Of a stretch of DNA of 64,000 bases, positions 38,220-48,418 are shown in pieces. The position numbers and the translations under genes were made by a program. The stretch is from an uncultured delta proteobacterium (lineage in GTDB: Bacteria; Desulfobacterota; WTBG01; JAGOGO01), in NCBI GenBank assembly GCA_963727835.1, contig CAVSIB010000030.1, positions 5,127 through 69,126 on the forward strand, in the 5' to 3' direction. A model generated the notes under the pieces. It made no database searches, was not told the DNA's origin, and was given only the letters and a program-made list of their open reading frames with translations. How positions within the stretch are numbered: the stretch's first letter is position 1; the number at the start of each line of letters is the position of its first letter.

Positions 38220-39731
38220 GTGGAATTTCCGGAAACAAAATTGAGAAATAGAATTTTAAACCTAATCTTAATCAGCATAAGTTTTTACTTTTTTTGGTTT
38301 CTAATGGGTTGTGCTATCACTCCTTACAAGTCAGCATCACCTTATAATCTCCCCTACCCCCCAAGTGTGGCGGAAACCTTTGAAAGTGCCAAACCTCCAC
38401 CAGCAATGACGTTGCAGCCAATAGACCAGCTAACAAATCCCATCGGTTTTCAGCAGGGTAATATCCAAAAAATAAACAACCCCGTTGAAAACAATTATTA
38501 TGTAGGCATCCTCCGTAACCTTGTCAATTACAATGGGGCCTTCCTGACCGAGTTATCCGTTTTTTACTATAACCCGATAAACAATCTTTCTCTTTCCCTT
38601 TATCCCCCAAAAAATAATAAAAGCACTACTCCAATTTTTACAACCTGGAATTTTACTCATATTGAGCAATTAGTTCATCCTCAAGGTTTTAAATACCAAA
38701 ATTTTCTTACCCACGAATATTCTTGGGACGGCTACCAATATGCTTGTATTCTGAAAAATCTGTATAATAAAGGGGTTATCCAGGGTGATTTCCCGCTCAT
38801 TTACAATTCCCCGGTTGAAACTTTTATCCAATATTTTCAAAATAAAGAAAATTTTATGAAAGCAGCCCTAGGCCGGGGAGAAACATACCGTCCCTTGATG
38901 ACCTCCATCTTTAGAAAAAATGAAATTCCTGAAGATTTAGTCTATCTTTCTTTAATCGAAAGCGGTTTTAATCCTCATGCCTATTCCCCTGCCGGTGCTT
39001 GTGGTCCCTGGCAGCTGATGAAGGGCACAGCTCAACGATATGGTCTCCGGGTAGATAAGTGGATAGACGAAAGAAGAGACCCGGAAAAATCAACTCAGGC
39101 AGCAGTAAAATATTTAAAAGACTTACACGCGATGTTCGGAGATTGGTATTTGGCTTTAACTGCCTATAATGCCGGAGAAGGAAAAGTTGCTGCAGCCATC
39201 CAAAGATATAACAGCACTGACCTTTGGTATCTTCGTGAGAAAACTTATCTTAAACAAGAAAGCTGCGATTTTGTCCCCAAACTTTTAGCTGCAATCACGA
39301 TTGGGAAACAGCCCGGAGAGTATGGATTTGCTCAACTCGACTCTTCTGCTCCGACTCCACCCTTAACAAAAGTCAACATCCCTTTCTCGGCTGATTTAAA
39401 AATGATTGCTGCTATGGCTGAAATTTCTCTCCCCGAACTGAAACAGTATAACCCGGAACTCTGTTTCGGGCGCACCCCCCCGGATAAAGGAGGATATTGG
39501 GTTAAGATACCAGAATCGAAAAGGGAAATTTTTACGAAAAATTTTTCCCAAAACAAGGACAAACTCAAAAAACGCCAGGTTAGCCAGACACACCAGATCA
39601 AATCCGGGGAGACTTTAGCCACGATTGCCCGAAAATACGATACCACCGTGAACCAACTAATGAAATTAAATGGAATTAAAAAACCCCGCGCCCTTCGCCC
39701 CGGTCAAACCTTACGGGTTCCAGCGTCCTAG
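38220..39731 (+). CDS. Lipoprotein lytic transglycosylase (MltD-like) with a C-terminal LysM domain and an uncharacterised roughly 200-aa N-terminal region
   Basis: Lipobox FLMGC; SLT core LSLIESGFNPHAYSPAGACGPWQLM...AYNAGEGKV; LysM HQIKSGETLATIARKYDTTVNQLMKLNG. Confidence 0.85.
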   Translation: MEFPETKLRNRILNLILISISFYFFWFLMGCAITPYKSASPYNLPYPPSVAETFESAKPPPAMTLQPIDQLTNPIGFQQGNIQKINNPVENNYYVGILRNLVNYNGAFLTELSVFYYNPINNLSLSLYPPKNNKSTTPIFTTWNFTHIEQLVHPQGFKYQNFLTHEYSWDGYQYACILKNLYNKGVIQGDFPLIYNSPVETFIQYFQNKENFMKAALGRGETYRPLMTSIFRKNEIPEDLVYLSLIESGFNPHAYSPAGACGPWQLMKGTAQRYGLRVDKWIDERRDPEKSTQAAVKYLKDLHAMFGDWYLALTAYNAGEGKVAAAIQRYNSTDLWYLREKTYLKQESCDFVPKLLAAITIGKQPGEYGFAQLDSSAPTPPLTKVNIPFSADLKMIAAMAEISLPELKQYNPELCFGRTPPDKGGYWVKIPESKREIFTKNFSQNKDKLKKRQVSQTHQIKSGETLATIARKYDTTVNQLMKLNGIKKPRALRPGQTLRVPAS

Positions 39732-39887
39732 TTGTTTGAAATGCCTCAACTGGTCTAAGGGGTCAAATAATTCTCTTTTCAGCGTTAGGAAAACAGGATT
39801 ATCAGGGGCAACCAACCCTGCAAATAGAAACCGAATATCACGAAAAATCCCAACCACGTGATCAAAGCAGGACCTCATTGCTTCCTC

Positions 39888-40160
39888 TTATCCGCCGGCA
39901 AGCACAAGCGTTATTGAAATCTCATCCCCATCCTTAACTGGTTTAGCCAGTTCATCAGGATAAGCGCTTTTGTGGTTGAGATAGATTTCAATTCCATTGA
40001 GCACCCTTCCCTTTTTATCAAACAAAACTCCCTTCACCCCGGGGAACCGTTGCATGAAACTTTTTAGACAATCCCCAACCGTAGTGCCCTCAACCTCAAC
40101 CGCTGATAAACCATCGGTTACATGTCGGTAAAGCAGAGGAATGTTAATTTTTACACTCAC
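39888..40160 (-). CDS. MoaD/ThiS-family ubiquitin-like sulfur carrier
   Basis: A 90-aa ORF ending ...ISITLVLAGG (C-terminal Gly-Gly). Confidence 0.75.
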   Translation of the reverse strand: MSVKINIPLLYRHVTDGLSAVEVEGTTVGDCLKSFMQRFPGVKGVLFDKKGRVLNGIEIYLNHKSAYPDELAKPVKDGDEISITLVLAGG

Positions 40161-40213
40161 CCTTCCTCCTTGACCACAATTCGACCATCAAAAAAGATAG
40201 AAAAACCCTTTTT

Positions 40214-40768
40214 CTATCTTTGATAGCGCCCCATTAATTGCCCTTGAGCCAAAACGTGTTCTTCCATCGCTTTCAATAATTGAGTTTTAGTCAATCCGGG
40301 TTCACTATCTAGTACTTTATCGAGAGCGTAAAGTTTAAAATAATACCGGTGAGTTCCCCGCGGAGGACACGGTCCTCCGTAGCCAATCTTCCGAAAATCA
40401 TTGGTTCCTTGTTGCGCCCCATTTTCGATGATCTTGTGTGGCGGTATGTTTTCAGGGAGTTCTTTTATCGTGGGTGGTATGTTGTAAATAACCCAATGAA
40501 CCCAGATCCCCACTGGAGCATCCGGATCATCACTGATTAAAGCAACGCTTTTTGTATTCATTGGTACCGCATCCCATGCCAAAGGTGGAGAGATATCGGC
40601 ACCATCGCAGGTATATTTTTTAGGGATCATGTCTCCCTCATTAAAAGCACTGCTCTTTATTTTTAGTTCCATAGCTTCCCCTCCTATTGTACTGAGGTTA
40701 GATAAAACCATTACACAAAAAACGAAACAAGAAGTAGCCAAAAACAAAGAAAGCATCCTTCTTTTCAT
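40214..40768 (-). CDS. YbhB/YbcL (PEBP/Raf-kinase-inhibitor-like) family protein, secreted
   Basis: Signal peptide, then DDPDAPVGIWVHWV and GTHRYYFKLYALD motifs. Confidence 0.88.
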   Translation of the reverse strand: MKRRMLSLFLATSCFVFCVMVLSNLSTIGGEAMELKIKSSAFNEGDMIPKKYTCDGADISPPLAWDAVPMNTKSVALISDDPDAPVGIWVHWVIYNIPPTIKELPENIPPHKIIENGAQQGTNDFRKIGYGGPCPPRGTHRYYFKLYALDKVLDSEPGLTKTQLLKAMEEHVLAQGQLMGRYQR

Positions 40769-41050
40769 GGCCTTATTCCCCTTATAAAACGTGGGTTAGC
40801 TTTTTCCCTCATTTTTCATAGATTATAATATTTCAAGGAGTTAGAAGCAAGAAAAATTTCGGTTGAATTCTCGAAAAAGGAGACGTACGTGCTTAAGCTT
40901 AGACACCCTTTCACCAGGATCATAAATCAATTTCGTAAAGCAATAAGCTTTTCTCTTTTCTTTCGAAAAAACAATTGTTATAAATTAGTTTCTGAATTAA
41001 TAATCCTCCAACGACTCAAGCGAATATTTTTTGCCCTCTAAAGGTTAACT

Positions 41051-41965
41051 ATGAAAGTAATCTTGTTAGGAACCGGAGGAACTATTCCCACCCTTCGCCG
41101 CAGCCTCCCTGCTTTAGCGTTGCAGCGGGATGGAGACATCTTGCTTTTTGACTGCGGAGAGGGCACCCAGGTACAGATTGTTCGGGCTTCTCTAAGCCCC
41201 GGCAAACTTTTTGCCATCTTCCTGAGCCACTTGCATGGAGACCATGTCACTGGCCTTCCCGGCCTCCTCATGACCATCATGCATCAGGCGCGGGAAAAAC
41301 CCCTTCGCATTTTTGGGCCTCCGGGCATCAGAGAGTATATCAACTTGATTCGAAAATGTTTAGGGTTCAATCCACCTTATGTTCTTGACATCCATGAGAT
41401 CACCGAAGGAAAACTTTTTTCCGGCTCTGGCTTTTGGATGGAGGCAGTTGCCGTTGATCACAAACCCCATACGCTTGCCTTTTCTTTAGTAGAAGAACCA
41501 CGACCAGGAAGGTTCTTTCCGGAAAAAGCAAAGAAACTGGGCATTCCTGAAGGCCCTTTGTTTGGAAAGCTTCAACGGGGTGAAACCATAACATTAGCCG
41601 ATGGGCGAGAAATTAACCCTTCGATGGTTATGAACACCCCCCGGAAAGGCCGTAAGTTTGTTTACGCGACTGATACGCGGCCCTGCCCACAAGTGATTAA
41701 ACTTGCCTATGAAGCAGACCTTTTAGTGCATGAAGGAATGTTTGCTCACGACATGGAGGAGGAAGCGAAAATAAAAGGCCATTCTACCTGCGCTCAGGCA
41801 GCTCGTATAGCGAGCGAAGCCAAGGTCAAAAATTTAGTCATTACCCATATCAGTACTCGTTACCAGCGGACTGATGATCTGCTTTATGAAGCTCGATGTG
41901 TTTTTCCCAAGACCGTTATTGGACAGGATTTGATGAAGTTTGAAATACCCGTGCATAAGGAATAA
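41051..41965 (+). CDS. rnz: Ribonuclease Z
   Basis: MKVILLGTGGTIPT...LFDCGEGTQ...LSHLHGDH...; 304 aa. Confidence 0.9.
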   Translation: MKVILLGTGGTIPTLRRSLPALALQRDGDILLFDCGEGTQVQIVRASLSPGKLFAIFLSHLHGDHVTGLPGLLMTIMHQAREKPLRIFGPPGIREYINLIRKCLGFNPPYVLDIHEITEGKLFSGSGFWMEAVAVDHKPHTLAFSLVEEPRPGRFFPEKAKKLGIPEGPLFGKLQRGETITLADGREINPSMVMNTPRKGRKFVYATDTRPCPQVIKLAYEADLLVHEGMFAHDMEEEAKIKGHSTCAQAARIASEAKVKNLVITHISTRYQRTDDLLYEARCVFPKTVIGQDLMKFEIPVHKE

Positions 41966-41974
41966 AAAATTCTC

Positions 41975-42850
41975 TTAAATGAGCAGAGGGTAATGAGCGC
42001 CGCGACTGTACCCTTCCCTTTGGGCGAGAATATCCAGGTGAAGCGTAGCGATGTTTTCTACATCTAAGGGGACAGGGGTGCCAATGAATTCAATGTCAAC
42101 CGCTTTGAGATATTTTTGGCAGGCTTTACAGACTTCAAGTCGGTATTGTTTTTCGTTCTCGACATAAAGATACGTGACCCCTTCTTCCTCTTCGTTTCCA
42201 CAAAACGGGCACATAAGAAAAGGGAACGGCCATTCTGTGCCACAGTAAACACAAAAAAGATGCCTTGACCATTTTCCCTCCGGGATCGCGGCAATAGGTG
42301 GGGCTTTTCCACAAATAGGGCAATACCCCTTTCCCCAGAGAGTTATATCAATCACTGCTCGTAAATTTTCGGCTAAATATTCGTAAAAAGGTTTTAGGGA
42401 CTCAGTCAAAAGAAAGAAGAGGAGCGTAGGGTCACCCAGTTCCTCTTTTTTCCCCATTGGCGAGGGAATTTCCCCATCCCACATCGCTTTGATGGTCTTT
42501 CCAACATCGAGGTTACCTTTTTTAATAAAGGCGTGTAACTTTCCTGCAGTATCAGGATTTTTTTCGTGGCTTATCTGAAGAAGCGTGCGAAAAAATTTTT
42601 CTAACGTCCCATTATCCAACTCAATAGCGCTCTTATCCAGAACCGGGGATCCTGCTTTGAATTTTGCCTGCACTTCCTGTTCATCAAAAACTATGGGGAG
42701 ACCTTTAAGCGACTGGTAAAACTCCTCTTTGGCAATAAAAATTTTTTCATAAAAATCGAGCAGGTTTCTGTACGCGGGTTTTTCGCGTTTGATTTGTTCC
42801 ATGCGGGCCAATTTCGTTTTCAGGTCACCGGCCATTCCTATTTGTTCCAA
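41975..42850 (-). CDS. fdhE: FdhE-like formate dehydrogenase accessory protein
   Basis: Four CxxC pairs (CPICG, CVYCG, CPFCG, CKACQKY) in FdhE spacing; 291 aa. Confidence 0.75.
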   Translation of the reverse strand: MEQIGMAGDLKTKLARMEQIKREKPAYRNLLDFYEKIFIAKEEFYQSLKGLPIVFDEQEVQAKFKAGSPVLDKSAIELDNGTLEKFFRTLLQISHEKNPDTAGKLHAFIKKGNLDVGKTIKAMWDGEIPSPMGKKEELGDPTLLFFLLTESLKPFYEYLAENLRAVIDITLWGKGYCPICGKAPPIAAIPEGKWSRHLFCVYCGTEWPFPFLMCPFCGNEEEEGVTYLYVENEKQYRLEVCKACQKYLKAVDIEFIGTPVPLDVENIATLHLDILAQREGYSRGAHYPLLI

Positions 42851-44346
42851 TCCCTTAATAGCTGAAGCAGGAGCCGCACACCAAAGCCGCTTGCGCCCTT
42901 TGGTATATAGGGTTTATCTTTTTCATACCAGGTCGGCCCGGCGATATCCATATGGACCCATGGGGTATCGTTCACAAATTTTTTCAGAAACATTCCTCCG
43001 GTAATAGTTCCGGCAGCCCGGGTACCCACATTCTTAAAATCCGCAATATCACTTTTGAGGTAATCAAAGTATTCTTCCCAGAGAGGAAGTTCCCATACCT
43101 TTTCGCCGGTTTTTTCGCCGGCTGATTTAACGGAGTTCAACAAAGAAGCATCGTTTCCCATAATACCGGCAACATAGTCTCCTAACGCGGTTATGCACGC
43201 TCCGGTCAGAGTGGCTAAATCAACAATACCTTGCGGTTTATACCTTTTGGCATACGTCAAGGCATCGGCCAGGATTAATCGTCCTTCCGCGTCCGTGCTG
43301 ATTACTTCAATGGTCTGACCCGACAGAGACGTGAGAACATCTCCGGGTTTATACGCTTTGCCTCCCGGCAGATTTTCCGTGGCCGGAATAATCCCCAGTA
43401 AATTTAAAGGAAGTTTCATTTGGGCTACTGCCTGCATGGTTCCCATCACCACCGCTCCCCCAGCCATATCATCTTTCATTTGTTCCATTTTGTCAGGAGG
43501 CTTAAGAGAAATGCCACCGCTATCAAAGGTAATCCCTTTTCCGATGATGACCAGAGGAGGTCCAAAATTTCGGCTGGCGGTGTATTCTAAAATAATAATC
43601 TTCGCTGGTTCACGGCTTCCTTGAGCAACCGCCAGAAAGGCGCCCATTCCCATTTTCTGAGCCTGTTTTTCGGTAATGACCCGGCACTTTAACTTGTTCT
43701 TCTTGGCAATCGTCTGCGCTTGGTGAGCTAACATAGCGGGCGTCTTTTTATTGGCTGGTAAGGACACCAAATCACGAGCAATATATACGGCTTCCCTGAG
43801 AATAGTCACATGACGCAAGACCATTTCTATTATCTTGGTCCTGTCTTTTTTTTGCGAGACAACCACACACTCATCAACTTCTTTTATTTTTTCCCTTCCC
43901 GTGGTTATCAGGTCCCGGAACTGATACACCCCCAAACCTCCTCCGATTAGAAATGCTTCCAGCAGTTTAGACACTGAAAATCCTTTGGCGTCAAGAAGGT
44001 CTTCGGGGAGATGGATTGTTTTTATTCCTAAATCGCGTACATACTGAAAAGCTTTCCCCCCGGCTCCGCGCATGACATCAAGGTCAAACTTTTCTTTCTT
44101 TCCCAATCCCACCAAAACTATTCTCTTGGCAGATAGCGCTCCTTGGGGATAAAGCAAAAAAGTTTTATATCGTTCCCCAAGAAAATCCCCGCTCGTGAGA
44201 AGATTTTTAATCAATCCTTTCGTGGCACTGTCTATAACATCAAGCGATTTTTGCAATGTCTTCGTATCTTCAAAAACAGGCAGAACCAGCACCTCAGCTT
44301 TTTCAAAAATAATACTGCCAACTCTCGATTTAAACTTTATCGCCAT
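42838..44346 (-). CDS. pepA: Leucyl aminopeptidase (M17)
   Basis: GKGITFDSGG, DMAGGA and STDAEGRLILADAL motifs; 502 aa. Confidence 0.92.
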   Translation of the reverse strand: MAIKFKSRVGSIIFEKAEVLVLPVFEDTKTLQKSLDVIDSATKGLIKNLLTSGDFLGERYKTFLLYPQGALSAKRIVLVGLGKKEKFDLDVMRGAGGKAFQYVRDLGIKTIHLPEDLLDAKGFSVSKLLEAFLIGGGLGVYQFRDLITTGREKIKEVDECVVVSQKKDRTKIIEMVLRHVTILREAVYIARDLVSLPANKKTPAMLAHQAQTIAKKNKLKCRVITEKQAQKMGMGAFLAVAQGSREPAKIIILEYTASRNFGPPLVIIGKGITFDSGGISLKPPDKMEQMKDDMAGGAVVMGTMQAVAQMKLPLNLLGIIPATENLPGGKAYKPGDVLTSLSGQTIEVISTDAEGRLILADALTYAKRYKPQGIVDLATLTGACITALGDYVAGIMGNDASLLNSVKSAGEKTGEKVWELPLWEEYFDYLKSDIADFKNVGTRAAGTITGGMFLKKFVNDTPWVHMDIAGPTWYEKDKPYIPKGASGFGVRLLLQLLRDWNK

Positions 44347-44359
44347 AATTCCTTCCTTT

Positions 44360-45235
44360 TTACAAACCCCGCAAAAATTCTGGTCGCAACTGCGCGGGAT
44401 TTTTTAAAGCGCAATCTATCTCACTAAGGAGCTTTGCTTTATCTTGATTAAGCGTCGCCTTGATGGCAAGATAGTTAGAAGCATGATTACTGCGGAAAAT
44501 ACACTTATCTAAGCGAAAGTGCTCAATCATAACACGAAGCTCATTAAGGATTTCCAACTTGTCCATCATCTCCCAATCCTTCCCCAGACAACGGGAAAAG
44601 TATCGGTTATCATCCTCAAGGATAAGAGTTAAGGCGGAAAGATAGTGAGGATTAATCGCTGAACAGACTCGTGCGGTTTCAAGCGCATGGCGCTCGCTCC
44701 CCTTTTTCCCAGCGAGGCCAAGAATAACGGTTGCTGAAAGCACAAAACCAGCATCAATAGCTTTTTTGGCACTGGTAATCAGTTCTTGCGCCGTTGCTCC
44801 TTTTTTTATTTTGACGAGTAGTTCATCATCGCCCGTTTCAATACCAAAGTACAACATCTGGAGGCCAGCCTTGCGGATCCTTTGGAGGTCTTCTGTTGAC
44901 TTTCCCATAAGATTAGCCGGATTAGCATAAGCGCTCACCCGTTCCAATGCAGGAAACTTTTCATAAAGGAAATTCAAAATCTGGAGCATGTAATCCGTAT
45001 CAATAAACAGCGCATCACCATCCGCAAGGAAAATCCTGTTTATCCCGCCATAAGAAAGCGCTGCCTCGAGGATATCGGCCTTGAGTTCTTCCCAGGGCCG
45101 GATACGAAATTTTTTCTTCCGGTACATGATACAAAAAGCGCACCGGTTGTGGGAACACCCTAAGGTTACCTGGAAGATAAGCGAATACGCTTCACTCGGA
45201 GGACGATATAAGGGCATATCATAATACATAGTCAC
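44360..45235 (-). CDS. Radical SAM protein with non-canonical CX4CX2C spacing
   Basis: QVTLGCSHNRCAFCIMY was checked on the DNA (tgt tcc cac aac cgg tgc gct ttt tgt). TIM-barrel-length protein of 291 aa. Confidence 0.7.
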   Translation of the reverse strand: MTMYYDMPLYRPPSEAYSLIFQVTLGCSHNRCAFCIMYRKKKFRIRPWEELKADILEAALSYGGINRIFLADGDALFIDTDYMLQILNFLYEKFPALERVSAYANPANLMGKSTEDLQRIRKAGLQMLYFGIETGDDELLVKIKKGATAQELITSAKKAIDAGFVLSATVILGLAGKKGSERHALETARVCSAINPHYLSALTLILEDDNRYFSRCLGKDWEMMDKLEILNELRVMIEHFRLDKCIFRSNHASNYLAIKATLNQDKAKLLSEIDCALKNPAQLRPEFLRGL

Positions 45236-45250
45236 ATCCTTCTGCTTTCA

Positions 45251-46972
45251 TCATTTTTTCTTTAAAACCTTTACCACATCATTATAGTTAAGGCAATTTA
45301 AAATATCTGTTTTCCCCAGCCATCCTCTCCGCGCTACCGAAAGCCCAAGCTCAAGGTATTCCATCTGATCAAGGCTGTGGGCATCGGTTCCAATGGTAAG
45401 TTTTGCTCCCTTGTCTTTCGCTGCCCGAGAGTAAATATCGTTAAGGTCAAGTCTCTGGGGATAAGCGTTAATCTCAAGGGCTGTATTGGTTTGCGCTGCT
45501 TCCTCAAACACCATTTCCAGATTGACAGCGTAAGCATCCCGCTCTCCGATGAGGCGTCCGGTGGGGTGGGCAATACTGTGCACCCGGGGGTGACGCATGG
45601 CTTTCATGATTCGGCGGGTTAAGGTTTTTTCGTCCTGTTTAAAACCACTATGGATAGCCGCAATAACAACATCAAGCTTCCTGAGTAACTCGTCAGGATA
45701 ATCTAAGCCGCCATCATTGTTGATATCAACCTCGGACCCACAGAGCAGTTTAACTTTTTTGTTTTTCCGATTAATTTTTTGAATTGCCGAAATTTTTTCC
45801 TCCATCCGAGCAATCGACAATCCTCCGGCTATTTTAAGAGACTGAGAATGATCGCAGATCGCTACCCATTCAAGCCCCATGGTCTCGGCCTTTTTTGCAA
45901 TCTCCTCCAGGGTTGCCGCCCCATCACTATAGTAGGAATGGACATGGAAGTCTCCCCGAACATCCCTGTGTTCCACTAAATGCGGGAGTTTTCCCTCCAA
46001 CGCTGCTTCAATTTCACCACGATCTTCCCTAAGTTCAGGGGGGATAAAAGGCAACCCAACTGAAGTGTAAACCTCCTGTTCATCCCTCCCACCGATTTTT
46101 TTCTCGCCCCGAAATATTCCGTATTCATTTATTTTCAGACCCTTCGTGACTGCCAGTTCCCGAAGCCGGATATTATGAGCTTTGGAGCCGGTAAAATAGC
46201 AAAGCGCTGCTCCAAAACAATCCGGTTCTACCACGCGGAGATCCACTTGAATACCTCCCCGTGCCCGAATGCTTGATTTTGTTCTTCCTTTGGCCTGGAC
46301 TGTTTCCACAAAGGGAAGGTGAGTAAAAAAGTCCATTACCTTTTCTGGTTGAGGAGAAATGGTCAATATGTCTATGTCCTTAATGGTTTCCCGTTGGCGA
46401 CGGACACTTCCTGCCACACTTATTTGTTTTACTTCTTTTAATTTTTTAAGTTCGCCCGTTATTTCCCGGGAAAGAGCAAGCATGGTGCTGAGCATTACCC
46501 GCGCTAACTTCTGACGGTAAAGCGCGATCCCTTTCAGAATATTTTCTTCGGTCTTGGCCTTTATTCCTGGCAGTCCTTGCAGCTTGTGCGCTTGAGCCAA
46601 TCCTTCCAAGTGATCTATGCTTTCAACTCTTAACTCATCGTAAAGCATTTTAACCGTCCGGGGGCCGAGTCCCGGAATCGTGATGATTTCCATCAACCCC
46701 TCTGGTATCTCTTTTTTCAATTCCTCATATTTTTGGAGAGTTCCGGTCGTGATGATTTCAGTAATTTTTTGGGATAGGTCCTTCCCGATTCCGGGAAGGG
46801 TATCCAGTTCGTTGTGCTGCGCAATTAAAGCAATATCTTCAGCTAAATTTTCAATATTCTGAGCAGCCTTCTGGTAAGCGCGGATACGAAAAGGGTTTTC
46901 CCCTTTTATTTCCAGCATTTCCGCTATCTTTTTAAAAACAGTGGCCACTTCCTGATTTTTCATGGATTGCAC
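45251..46972 (-). CDS. polX: Family X DNA polymerase with a C-terminal PHP domain (PolX)
   Basis: N-terminal HhH region, GSVRRQRETIKDIDIL nucleotidyltransferase motif, PHP DFHVHSYYSDG; 573 aa. Confidence 0.9.
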   Translation of the reverse strand: MQSMKNQEVATVFKKIAEMLEIKGENPFRIRAYQKAAQNIENLAEDIALIAQHNELDTLPGIGKDLSQKITEIITTGTLQKYEELKKEIPEGLMEIITIPGLGPRTVKMLYDELRVESIDHLEGLAQAHKLQGLPGIKAKTEENILKGIALYRQKLARVMLSTMLALSREITGELKKLKEVKQISVAGSVRRQRETIKDIDILTISPQPEKVMDFFTHLPFVETVQAKGRTKSSIRARGGIQVDLRVVEPDCFGAALCYFTGSKAHNIRLRELAVTKGLKINEYGIFRGEKKIGGRDEQEVYTSVGLPFIPPELREDRGEIEAALEGKLPHLVEHRDVRGDFHVHSYYSDGAATLEEIAKKAETMGLEWVAICDHSQSLKIAGGLSIARMEEKISAIQKINRKNKKVKLLCGSEVDINNDGGLDYPDELLRKLDVVIAAIHSGFKQDEKTLTRRIMKAMRHPRVHSIAHPTGRLIGERDAYAVNLEMVFEEAAQTNTALEINAYPQRLDLNDIYSRAAKDKGAKLTIGTDAHSLDQMEYLELGLSVARRGWLGKTDILNCLNYNDVVKVLKKK

Positions 46973-47134
46973 TCTTTATAGTTGATGCGTTGTTGCAAAA
47001 TTTACCATAGCTAAAAATCAAGTTCAAGTTTTGTTGTTAGCGAATTTAACCAAAAAAAAACTGCTAAAGCAGACACTTTTCACGTAGTAACAAAGTCAGG
47101 GAAAAGTAAACTGGGGTTTGGAAACAAAGGGAAA

Positions 47135-48240
47135 TTACTCGCAGACAGTGGCGAGACTTATTAGCTTCAAAGGCCATCGAGGCCAAGTTCTTTGAGTTTT
47201 TTGGGTTGGGCTACCGGTTATTAAATCCCATCCCACCATGGAATAGAAATCTTTTTCCAGTTTATTCATATCAAGTGTTTCCTCTTGGGTTGGTCCTTTG
47301 CTTGAGTGGAGGGATTCCTGCAGCGCGAAGGTGGAGCCGAACCTCTTGCGGTGTAACACCTTCGCGGACAGTGAACGCTTTTCTTAAGCTTAATATCCTT
47401 TCTCCAGTCTTAAGGTATTCCTCCACGGAAAGCTCCCAGCCCGTCGCAAAGCTTAAATATTCGACCAAAGGATACGTGCCCGTCAAAGGCCCAAACAGCC
47501 AGACACCCGCGCAATTGATAAGCCACATGAACACGCTTGCGGCAGTGTACCAAACAATATTTTTTCTTTCTTTATCCAAGCTTCTTTGAACGTTTTCTCA
47601 ATGGTAGGAACCTGTTTATCAACTCCCATGACCAGACCATATAAATAAAAAGAAATCGTGTGCCTTCCCGGAGTTGGCTCACACTGATGCGCGATCCCAA
47701 AACCTTCATCGAGCTTAGAATCATGCCTGGGGAGTTTCTCTCCGCTCACTCCGATCGAGGCAATCCTTATTTTTTTTCGCCGAGCTCTTTTTTGATTGTT
47801 GTTTCAGTTGCAACAACATCCTTACCCCACAGTTTACTTGCATCTCTGATTTCCACGTTATCATCATGAAGGAAAACCTAGACTAGGTTATCGGAATGAC
47901 CAGTGAAAAAACTGCACCATAGCCTGTTTTTTTTTAATTCCTTTGAAAAAAAGCCTTCGGAATTCGCATCCGCCCCACGTGTTGGTAAGCGACGACTTCC
48001 CAACCACGATGTATCGTCCGGGGAAAAAGCTCCGGTTCCGGTGAGCAACCCCGCGCAAAAGCCGAGATAACTTTCGGGCGAAAGGGGATCGATACCCAGC
48101 TTTTGCCGCTCAGTAATTTCCGCTGCACCCAGACCATACCCGAAAAAAAAGTTCCGATAAAATCCGTCGATAGGAGGAACAAGCTCATGGCTTTTATTGG
48201 ATAAATTAACTATCAAGTATTTACCCATATATCCGCTCAT
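47135..48240 (-). pseudogene. Degraded aldehyde:ferredoxin oxidoreductase (AOR family) gene with several frameshifts and a large internal deletion
   Basis: The 120-aa ORF 47878..48240 starts like AOR (MSGYMGKYLIVNLSN...). Three further overlapping ORFs in different frames carry C-terminal AOR-like segments (...TGWELSVEEYLKTGERILSLRKAF...). The whole footprint is 1.1 kb against about 1.8 kb for an intact gene. Confidence 0.75.
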
Positions 48241-48418
48241 AGAAAACTCTCCTCAAGAATTTTAACTTGGGGAAAATAGTTTTTTTATTAACAAAAAACA
48301 TCTTTTTTCTCAAGAAAATAATACCTTTTAATCTGGTTTTCTCCTTGACACCTAAGAGTAATTTTCTTAAACTAATTTCACCCGAAACTCTTGCTTATGC
48401 AGTAAAGGAGGGTTCTCT

